A DNA stretch of 30,547 nucleotides from a virus (taxonomy: Duplodnaviria > Caudoviricetes), in the IMG/VR virus record IMGVR_UViG_3300017699_000031, positions 1-30,547 of that record. One strand, given 5' to 3'. The notes below the pieces were generated by a model. The model did not search any database and was not told where the DNA came from. It saw only the letters and a list, made by a program, of their open reading frames with translations. Shown piece by piece: positions 23,735 to 30,547 of this stretch (position 1 is the first letter of the stretch; each line of letters opens with the position of its first letter). The position numbers and the translations under genes are program-made.

Positions 23735-24226
23735 TTACGTTAGCTGGAGCTTGGACTTGGCGAGCGGGTTGCCGAGCAGCGACGTCCCGGCCTTGAGGAT
23801 CGAGCCGACCGCGCCGATCGCGCCGGCCGACTTCGCGTTCTCGGCCTCTGCTCGTGCGAGGTTGGCCTTGTCGGTCTCCCCGAGCGCGCGCAGCTCGCCG
23901 CGGTAGCCGATGCGCTCGACGTCCAGCTCTTGCTCGATCGACGTGTCTTCGAGGACGTCGAGCGGAGACCCCGCCATCTCGATCCCGGTCCCGCCGTAGG
24001 CGGCTCGGATCGCGCCGAGCTGCCGCATGTTCTCGCGTCGCTGGTCATCCTGCTCGACGGCCGCTTGGCTCCGCGACATCTTGGCGTTGCGGTCTGCGAC
24101 CTGCGCCTGATAATTGGCGGCCTGCGACTGCGCCTTGCCTTGCTGCATCGCGCCCATAGCGCCAACAACGCCGCTCGCGACAGTGGCGGCGGCAGAGATG
24201 GCGGCGACGATTTCAAGTCCGGTCAT
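23735..24226 (-). CDS. small internal virion protein (T7 gp14/P22 gp7-like position)
   Basis: Hydrophobic Ala/Gly N-terminus, Gln/Ala helix, G.EM.GSPLDVL motif; synteny. Confidence 0.75.
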   Translation of the reverse strand: MTGLEIVAAISAAATVASGVVGAMGAMQQGKAQSQAANYQAQVADRNAKMSRSQAAVEQDDQRRENMRQLGAIRAAYGGTGIEMAGSPLDVLEDTSIEQELDVERIGYRGELRALGETDKANLARAEAENAKSAGAIGAVGSILKAGTSLLGNPLAKSKLQLT

Positions 24227-24662
24227 GGCGCACCAGCGAGTATAGCATCATCGTGCGCCCGGCCGGGTCGTAGCGCTCCATGCCGCCGGGCGTCTCACTG
24301 CGGAACCCTAGCAACTTCATCCACTGCTGGCCAGCCTTGAACCCTTGGAGAACTGTGGCCTCGACCCGGCGATCGGGGTGCTCGTCGAGTTTTTCGCGCA
24401 CAAAGCGCGTGATCTGCCGCATATGAGGCCCGGCCTTGTTCGTCAGCAAGGCCCAAACGGCCGAGCGGCCGGGCCATACCGGGGAGAACCCGGTGCAGCC
24501 GACGACGTCGGCCCCGACCCATCCAGTCCACGCGTTACCGATCTCGGAGAGGACGGTGGCCTCCGCCTGCGAGATTGCCGCGATGGCGTCTTCGGCCTGT
24601 TCGCTCTGGACGTCGTCTAGCCGGAGAATGTGCTGCGGCCGGAACCCAGTGAAGTAGATCAT
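24213..24662 (-). CDS. GNAT-fold protein (T7 gp13-like position)
   Basis: VVGCTG...W...VWAL and RRVEATV...WMKLLGF.SE; ATG 24662 overlaps the nozzle stop. Confidence 0.7.
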   Translation of the reverse strand: MIYFTGFRPQHILRLDDVQSEQAEDAIAAISQAEATVLSEIGNAWTGWVGADVVGCTGFSPVWPGRSAVWALLTNKAGPHMRQITRFVREKLDEHPDRRVEATVLQGFKAGQQWMKLLGFRSETPGGMERYDPAGRTMMLYSLVRHDRT

Positions 24663-27052
24663 CCGCCGTCCTGCGTGACCATCTGCGGCATGACCGCGAT
24701 GATGTTGAGGGGGAGTGGCGAGTGGCCGGGGCGTTTGAACGCGATGACGGCGTCGCGGTCGTAGCCGTTCGGCCACTCGACGATATGGTCTTCATCGCGC
24801 AGCGGCACGGCGTTCTCGTCGCCGAGCTGGCGGGACAGCAAGGGCTCCAGCTCGGTTTCCGACCGGCCCACGAGCCCTCCGATGCTGCGCCACACGCGCA
24901 CGACGGCCTTATGGATGCGCTTGATCTTGCCCTGCGCCGTCCCGTCAGCCGCTCCGGCTTCGAGCCGGTTCGTGACCCCGACCGCGTCGTAAGGCAGACC
25001 GACAAGGACCGTGCTCGCCTCGACGTCGAAGTTGAACATGCCGGCGTCGTCGACGACCGCGCCGACCACAGCCCCGTCCGCAAGGCCGTAGACCTGCGCG
25101 CCTTTCAGGTGCGGGACGTAGACCGACGACGTGGGTGGCCCGTCGTATCGCGCGGCGCAGTCGACGAGATGAATGTCGTCAACCGTCATGTCGAAGTCCC
25201 AAAACCGCGTCATCCGCTCGATAAAACGCCGGGTCACGCCGCCGATCTCGCGCCGCACGACAAGCCACAGGGCGTCGTGGTCCCCGCTCGCGGAGGGGAT
25301 GACGGCCAAGCTCTCAACGAACCCGCCCGAAAAGTCGTGCTGGTGCCAGCCGACAACGTTCTCGTCTCGGTTATAGGTGAGCCCGGCGACGCGGCCGTTC
25401 CCCATGCGGAACCACACGATCGAGTGGGGCTCGGCCGCATAGTCCATCTCGACAAAGCGCGGGACGCCGACATGGCTGGCGAACAGCGACATCGACGGCG
25501 ACTTGTATCCGTCTGCCTCGTAGACGTAGGTGAACTCGCGGACGGTGCGTTGCGAGCGCTGGACGTAGACGATCTGCCGATCGACCTTTACGGGCTCGAC
25601 ACCGGCCGAGCCCCGCGCGGTGGAATTGCGAGCCTTGATCGACCTGGCGGTGATGACGCCATCACGCTCCCCGCTCGTGACGGCCCATTCGCCCGAGCCC
25701 GTCCCGATAAGCAGGCCGCGCTCGTCGCTCTGCATCCAAGCGATACGCGAGATTTTACGGCTGTTGAGCTGGAAGACCACGGCATTGTCGTCCGACACGA
25801 CGCCCGCTTCGCTGGTCTGTGCGAGGTTTTCATATGCGCCCGTCGTCGAACCGACGACAACGTCGGGGTATTCTTTCGACCCGCCGAGCCACAGCCGGTC
25901 CTCGAACAGCGTGCCGCAGTTGGGCCAGCCGGTCGTGTCGCTCCAGTAGCCAAGACGCCACTCGCCCGTGCCGTTGGCGTCGGCCAGGGGGGACTGCTGC
26001 GGGCGGGCCGTTACCTGCGTGGCGCTGACGCGGCTCAAGATCACAAGCGAGGCCCACGAGCCGTCCGACATGCTCTTGTAGCGGATCAGCCGCCCCACGT
26101 CCGTAGGCAAAAAGCCCTGGTCCCGGTTGATGCCGACCGCGCTCGACGCCGTCAGCGTGATCGACGCGCCGGCCGCCGCGAAGAACGCAGTGAAGGCGGG
26201 TTGAACGGGGCCGTTGCGCTGCACGGCAAAGACCACAACCCGGTATTTGACGTAGGCGACCGGGACCGACAACGGGAAGAACGGCGTGCGCTTGTTATCG
26301 TAGAGGACGTGGTCGGACTTCTGATCCAGCGTCGTCCAGACCGTCCCGTCCCATCCGTCGACCTGCCAGTCGGCCGGCGCGCTGTCCTTGGCGCTATAGT
26401 CGGGGTCGCTATTCGACCCCGTCGACTGGAGATAGTAGCCCGAGATAGCTACCGGCGCGGCGGGCGTATATTCGATCGTGACTTGCTGTGCGGCGAGCCC
26501 AGAGACCGAAGCGGTCATGCCGACGTTGCCTGTTCCGCTTGGCGAGAGGCGCGTCGACGTGGTGTTGGTCGGCAGAAACGGGCCGTCGATCATGGCGTGT
26601 TCGGTGAGCCGCCAATCGGTCGCGCCGTACCGGGACAGCTTGCGGGTCCGGTAGCTCTCGTGAAGCAGATAGACCACGTCGCCGGACTGAACGACCCGCA
26701 GGCCGGCGACGTCCGCGTCGCTGTAGGGCGTGTCGATCTCGTAAGGCACGCCGCCGGAGAGCTGCGGGCCGCTCGCCAGAATGACCCGCATCTTCTCGTC
26801 GGCGAACTCAAGGAGAAAAGCTTGCAGCTCTGAGAACACGAACGGCACGATCGCGGAGCGTTTCTCCTCATCGTAGACCGGCGTGACCATGAAAGTGCCG
26901 GGGCGGCCGATCGCCGGCCCTTGCGGGCCGGCGATGTAGTTGAACAGCTTCCGCATCGACGCCGGATAGCGATCGAGATCGCTCCGGCCGTCCATCAACG
27001 ACGAGAACTCTCCGGCATTGAAGCTGCGGAGGATCGGCGAGACCTTGGCCAT
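24659..27052 (-). CDS. tail tubular protein B / nozzle (T7 gp12, P22 gp10-like)
   Basis: SFNAGEFS N-terminus, QSGDVVYL.H, GWP...FEDRLW, LLIGT.SGEW, VVGWH.H and VGLPY; 797 aa. Confidence 0.88.
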   Translation of the reverse strand: MAKVSPILRSFNAGEFSSLMDGRSDLDRYPASMRKLFNYIAGPQGPAIGRPGTFMVTPVYDEEKRSAIVPFVFSELQAFLLEFADEKMRVILASGPQLSGGVPYEIDTPYSDADVAGLRVVQSGDVVYLLHESYRTRKLSRYGATDWRLTEHAMIDGPFLPTNTTSTRLSPSGTGNVGMTASVSGLAAQQVTIEYTPAAPVAISGYYLQSTGSNSDPDYSAKDSAPADWQVDGWDGTVWTTLDQKSDHVLYDNKRTPFFPLSVPVAYVKYRVVVFAVQRNGPVQPAFTAFFAAAGASITLTASSAVGINRDQGFLPTDVGRLIRYKSMSDGSWASLVILSRVSATQVTARPQQSPLADANGTGEWRLGYWSDTTGWPNCGTLFEDRLWLGGSKEYPDVVVGSTTGAYENLAQTSEAGVVSDDNAVVFQLNSRKISRIAWMQSDERGLLIGTGSGEWAVTSGERDGVITARSIKARNSTARGSAGVEPVKVDRQIVYVQRSQRTVREFTYVYEADGYKSPSMSLFASHVGVPRFVEMDYAAEPHSIVWFRMGNGRVAGLTYNRDENVVGWHQHDFSGGFVESLAVIPSASGDHDALWLVVRREIGGVTRRFIERMTRFWDFDMTVDDIHLVDCAARYDGPPTSSVYVPHLKGAQVYGLADGAVVGAVVDDAGMFNFDVEASTVLVGLPYDAVGVTNRLEAGAADGTAQGKIKRIHKAVVRVWRSIGGLVGRSETELEPLLSRQLGDENAVPLRDEDHIVEWPNGYDRDAVIAFKRPGHSPLPLNIIAVMPQMVTQDGG

Positions 27053-27636
27053 CAGAGCGCCCGCTCCGTCAGCCAGCTATACTGGCTGTCGTCGGCGTCG
27101 TAGCTCTCTGGCCCGGTGATGAAGGCGTTGACCTGACCCGCGACCTTGAGAGCTTCCCGGCGGGCTTCCCACTGCTCGGCGCGCTTGGAGTTCGACTGCG
27201 TGGTCTTCTCGCACGCCTCGAAGGCCAGCCGACAGGCGAGGACGTCGACGAAGTTGGGATCGAACCTGCCGGGCTCGATGTCGCTGCGGATGATGTCGAC
27301 CTTGAGCCCCGACGCGTCCTGCGCCCACACTTCGTCGCCGACCTGCTTCCAGCGGTCCCGGCTGTCGCGCACGAGCCGGAGCGTGTTGGGCGGCATCAGG
27401 TAGCGGTGAGGGTAGTCCTCGTCGGTCGAATAGCCGACGAGCGCGGTGAGGCTGACGTTCTCGTCGAGCGCGAAGCGCCAGCGTCGGGCTCGCAGCTCGA
27501 CGTCTCGGTAGTGAGGGTAGATCAAAGCGTATCGCCTCGCCGCGGTTCCCTGCGGCGAGGCGAGTGAGGCGATGTGCTCGGCCCCGAGTTTTTCTTGAGC
27601 GAGATTGCAGATCGCAACGTCGGTAAGAGCGGCCAC
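27052..27636 (-). CDS. tail tubular protein A / head-tail adaptor
   Basis: DVAICNLA..KLG...I.SL, W.FA and FDPNFVDVLA.RLA; SD GGAGG before the GTG. Confidence 0.88.
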   Translation of the reverse strand: MAALTDVAICNLAQEKLGAEHIASLASPQGTAARRYALIYPHYRDVELRARRWRFALDENVSLTALVGYSTDEDYPHRYLMPPNTLRLVRDSRDRWKQVGDEVWAQDASGLKVDIIRSDIEPGRFDPNFVDVLACRLAFEACEKTTQSNSKRAEQWEARREALKVAGQVNAFITGPESYDADDSQYSWLTERAL

Positions 27637-27652
27637 TCGGGGCCTCCATTGT

Positions 27653-28111
27653 TTACTCGGTGACGACCGCCAGGTAGCCGTTCAGCTTGACGCCCGAGGG
27701 CCACGTCCCGCCGGTCACGTTCGCGGTGACGACGATGCCCTTGCGCGAGAACATATCGTACTTGCGCGTCGTGCCAAGCACTTTCGCGGTGCCGGCCGCC
27801 GAGACGTCGTTGGCTGCGACGAAGGCGTTGGCGGACAGAGCCTCGTCGACCCCGCCCTCCTTCTGGTAGGCGGCGTGGCCGATGTTGAGCACGCGGGACG
27901 CGCCGAACGCGTCGTGCCAGAAGCGCGACAGGTTCGGGATGAGCCGGATGCGCCCGTGCGGGAGACGGAGGAGCTGCGCGGTTGACCCGGCATCGCCCGT
28001 AACCGCGGGGACGATCTCGAAGTGGATGAGACGCAGCTTGCCGTAGTCGTCGATCGGGAACTGACGAACTCCGGTCTTGAGGCTCTCGGCGAGGAAGTCT
28101 TCGACTGCCAT
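27653..28111 (-). CDS. capsid-associated/decoration protein (putative)
   Basis: Immediately after the major capsid gene; beta-rich 152 aa; SD AAGGA. Confidence 0.6.
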   Translation of the reverse strand: MAVEDFLAESLKTGVRQFPIDDYGKLRLIHFEIVPAVTGDAGSTAQLLRLPHGRIRLIPNLSRFWHDAFGASRVLNIGHAAYQKEGGVDEALSANAFVAANDVSAAGTAKVLGTTRKYDMFSRKGIVVTANVTGGTWPSGVKLNGYLAVVTE

Positions 28112-28153
28112 GACACTGTTCCTTGTGGATTGGCTGGTTAGGGCCGCCCGCGA

Positions 28154-29047
28154 TTACTCGCGGACGTCCAGCGCCAGAACCTTGCCTTCCTCGATCCGGG
28201 TGGCGTCGGCGGTGAAGCAGCCGTGGATTTGCTTGATGTTGTTCTTGTCCGGCCGGTTGTTGATGGTGATGGCGAGGTTCTGCCAGTCACCCATGTGCAT
28301 GCCGGTCGGCACCCACACGGGGAGCCGGCGGACGAGGTTGCCGGTGTCCAGATAGGAGGGGATGATCTCCTCCATCGGGACGAAGTCGAAGCCCATGAAG
28401 CGCGAGACCTCGCCGTCCACCAGGGGCTTCACGGCGTTGTAGTCGGACGAGCCGACCGCGACCTCGCCGAGCAGATCGTCGACCTGTTCGGAGTTCACGG
28501 CGATACGCGGGCGCTCCATGCGGAGGTCGACGTGGCGCTTCTTGAGCAGCTTGCGCGCCGCCCGCAGCTTGGCCACCGACATGCGGGTGCCGCCGTGGGC
28601 GATGACGTCCTGCGCCGGGAAGGACACGGTCGTCGAGCCGTTCTTGCCGGCCTTCGCGTCGGCGAAGAACGCGGCCATGATGATCTCGTCTTCCTTCTTC
28701 CCGTGGGCCTCGCGCATGCGCTCGACGTAGGGGTTGGTCGGGTCGTAGATCATGCGGAGCGTGTCGAGGCGGTCGATCAGGATCGCGACGTCGAAGTCGC
28801 GCCCGCTGATCCAGCGCTGCGTGTGCTCCGGCTCGGTGATGACGGTGTCCTTGTAGGGCGTGTCGCGCTCGATGAACTCGACCGGCCCGAGGAAGTTGAC
28901 GACCTGCGACTTCTCGCCGGTGTAGGAGCCAACCGTCACGTTCGGACGCATGACGCCGCCCATCCGCTGCAACGCCGCGCGGACGTTGGCAGTGAACTGG
29001 GTGACGTGATGCTCCGGCACCGTGTAGGTTGCAAGAGTTTCGGCCAT
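28154..29047 (-). CDS. major capsid protein
   Basis: VTQFTANV..LQ, ID.LD.LRM..DP.NPY, SSDYN.VK.LV.GEV..FMGF.F and ATRIEE; GGGGG SD before ATG 29047; follows the scaffold gene. Confidence 0.9.
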   Translation of the reverse strand: MAETLATYTVPEHHVTQFTANVRAALQRMGGVMRPNVTVGSYTGEKSQVVNFLGPVEFIERDTPYKDTVITEPEHTQRWISGRDFDVAILIDRLDTLRMIYDPTNPYVERMREAHGKKEDEIIMAAFFADAKAGKNGSTTVSFPAQDVIAHGGTRMSVAKLRAARKLLKKRHVDLRMERPRIAVNSEQVDDLLGEVAVGSSDYNAVKPLVDGEVSRFMGFDFVPMEEIIPSYLDTGNLVRRLPVWVPTGMHMGDWQNLAITINNRPDKNNIKQIHGCFTADATRIEEGKVLALDVRE

Positions 29048-29074
29048 GGCTTTGCCCCCTAGAGCGGTGCTGGA

Positions 29075-29108
29075 CAAACGAAAAGGAGCAGGAATGACCC
29101 TGCTCCTT
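29075..29108 (-). terminator. terminator-like or stabilising hairpin between scaffold and capsid genes
   Basis: On the - strand: AAGGAGCAGG-gtcatt-CCTGCTCCTT then TTCGTTTG; perfect 10-bp stem. Confidence 0.55.
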
Positions 29109-29136
29109 AAACGCCTGATGTTAGACTAGGCGGATG

Positions 29137-29949
29137 TCAAGTCGGCGAAGCTGTCCGTGCAAACAGGTCGCTCATCTGCTTGACGGCCTGCGCGTGCTCC
29201 GGGTGCTTCGCGTCGAGGTACTTCTTGTTGAACTCGGCGTCGCCGTACAGTTTGTTGATCTCGGCGTTGGCCTGCTCCTTGGTCATCTGCGAGATCGGGG
29301 TTGCGCCCCCGCCGCCCGACACGAAGGGGGCCTCGCCGCCCATCTTCTTGCCGAGCGCGGCCATGAGCGAGAGATAGGCGTGCGTGCCAGCCGCACCTTC
29401 GAGCGCGTTCAGCGTGGCCGCCGGCAGGCCGAGCGCCGTGAACGCCTTCTGGCCCTCGGCGACGAAGGCGTTGAACTTGTCGTCGCCGCCGAGTTCGGTC
29501 TTGAGCGTCTGGATCGCCTGCTCGCCCTTGGCGGCTTCCTGCGCCGCGTGAGCCGTGACGAACTCGTGGTGCGCCTTGACCAGCTCCGCGCCCTGCTTGC
29601 CCGTCAGGCCGAGCTTGTGGAACGTGCCGGTGGCCCAGGTCTTGTAGCCCTCGTCGACCTTCGCGCCCTCGGGCAGCTCGATCTTGTAGCCGTCCGGCGC
29701 GTCGGGGCGGCCGGCGGCCTTGAAGAACGCGTCCCACGCGTCCTGCGGCGCACCCTCGGGCGGCAGCGTGATCGCGGCGGGGGCGTTCGGGTCGGGCGCG
29801 GGGGCCGGAGCGGGCGCGGGGGCCGGAGCTGGCGGGGCGGGCGGGGCGTTCGGGTCGGGCGTGGGAGCCGGAGCCGGAGCCGGAGCCGGCGCGGGGGCCG
29901 GGGCCGGCGGGTCGGGAGCCTGGAATACAGGGAGGGGGAACTTGAACAT
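29137..29949 (-). CDS. capsid scaffolding protein
   Basis: Pro/Ala N-terminus, GRPDAPDGY, HKLGLT.KQ and C-terminal HPEH..AV; SD AGGAG before ATG 29949. Confidence 0.85.
   Translation of the reverse strand: MFKFPLPVFQAPDPPAPAPAPAPAPAPAPTPDPNAPPAPPAPAPAPAPAPAPDPNAPAAITLPPEGAPQDAWDAFFKAAGRPDAPDGYKIELPEGAKVDEGYKTWATGTFHKLGLTGKQGAELVKAHHEFVTAHAAQEAAKGEQAIQTLKTELGGDDKFNAFVAEGQKAFTALGLPAATLNALEGAAGTHAYLSLMAALGKKMGGEAPFVSGGGGATPISQMTKEQANAEINKLYGDAEFNKKYLDAKHPEHAQAVKQMSDLFARTASPT
29775..29917 (-). repeat. (PA)n-PDPNAP low-complexity repeat, two blocks
   Basis: 6-bp periodic ggagcc/ggggcc units and duplicated ggggcgttcgggtcgggcg. Confidence 0.85.
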
Positions 29950-29957
29950 CTGGTCTC

Positions 29958-30305
29958 CTATCGGTTCCAATAACGGTGGAACAGGACGTCGAGCGGCAGG
30001 TTGGCGTACTCCATGATCCGAAGGGCCATCTGCCGACGCCCCTCCAGAACCTCGATAGGCCACGCCGGGTCTCGCGCGCCGGGCATCGGCACGGAGGTCT
30101 CGAACATGCGGCCGAACGTCATCAGGTCGTTCATGACCATCTCGCGATCGCCTTCGGTCGCGTTGCCCGTTGCGAACAGTCGGGCATAGGCGGTCTTGAG
30201 CGCCCGATGCCGCTGGTCGACGAGGACTTGCTGCGCCGCGATCTCGCGGGCGTGCGCCTCGGCCGGCGGCTCTTGGCCGTCTTCGATAAACGGGTCTTCG
30301 CTCAT
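29958..30305 (-). CDS. Bbp19-like small protein between portal and scaffold
   Basis: AYARLF...VMNDL...EGRR...LRI pattern; ATG 30305 in an ATGA overlap with the portal stop. Confidence 0.75.
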   Translation of the reverse strand: MSEDPFIEDGQEPPAEAHAREIAAQQVLVDQRHRALKTAYARLFATGNATEGDREMVMNDLMTFGRMFETSVPMPGARDPAWPIEVLEGRRQMALRIMEYANLPLDVLFHRYWNR

Positions 30306-30547
30306 TTGCCCTGCTTCGTCGGTTGGGACATCTGGCCCGCGGCCTTCATGACGCCGGCCATGGCCGGGGCCGCCTTGGCCATCTGGTCGATCTCCTGTGC
30401 CTGCTGATCCTGGCCCGCCTGCTCGGCAACTTCGTCGTCCGAATGCAGCCACTCGGGCGGCACGGAGAGCACGTCGGCGATCTCGGGGATCGCGCGGTCG
30501 AAGTTGATCCGGCGAAGCGGCTTCGTGTCCTGCGTGACCTGCGCCGC
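30302..30547 (-). CDS. portal (head-tail connector) protein C-terminus, truncated by the window
   Basis: Own translation: AAQVTQDTKPLRRINFDRAIPEIADVLSVPPEWLHSDDEVAEQAGQDQQAQE...KQGK*; resembles podovirus portal C-termini; synteny. Confidence 0.8.
   Translation of the reverse strand, partial: AAQVTQDTKPLRRINFDRAIPEIADVLSVPPEWLHSDDEVAEQAGQDQQAQEIDQMAKAAPAMAGVMKAAGQMSQPTKQGK

Noticed and set aside
17106-26833. Very long + strand ORFs (17106-19502, 21490-23796, 24722-26833) and similar antisense ORFs elsewhere
   Set aside because: They are shadows of real genes on the opposite strand in a stop-poor, GC-rich sequence; Arg/Gly/Val-biased, with no motifs or RBS.
29107-29124. CtrA box (TTAA-N7-TTAA) before the capsid gene
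   Set aside because: The spacing is 10 nt and the second half-site is TTAG.
1-30547. Stop-codon reassignment, tRNA genes, integrase or att sites
   Set aside because: TAA, TAG and TGA all end full-length recognisable genes; intergenic gaps are too short or lack a cloverleaf; no recombinase motif was seen.

Overview
The whole window is part of a GC-rich tailed-phage (podovirus-type) genome with two convergent arms. The + strand (1-11973) carries an APSE/BPP-1-like early and replication module: two HTH proteins, a RuvC-like resolvase, an SNF2 helicase, an Ala/Pro-rich protein, a DUF2800 Cas4-like nuclease, a DUF2815 ssDNA-binding protein (SSB), a family A DNA polymerase, an HNH-AP2 endonuclease and a Prim-Pol/AAA primase-helicase. 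The - strand (30547-11970) carries the portal C-terminus, a Bbp19-like protein, scaffold, major capsid, adaptor, nozzle, a GNAT-like protein, four internal/ejection proteins, tail fibre, a short beta-helix protein, a GH19 endolysin with a C-terminal membrane tail, and overlapped spanins. An alphaproteobacterial host is plausible but is inference only. The most notable observation is that the polymerase ExoI motif lies upstream of the first in-frame start codon, in a frame with no ATG/GTG/TTG, and overlaps the SSB 3' end at a prfB-like cassette (AGGAG-ATG-CTT-C). This suggests an SSB-polymerase fusion made by +1 frameshifting. Also notable are a CTAG-rich recoded patch inside the DUF2800 gene (candidate origin), a motif shared by two intergenic regions, and a terminator-like hairpin in front of the capsid gene. 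All product calls come from motif recognition by eye; no database search was run.
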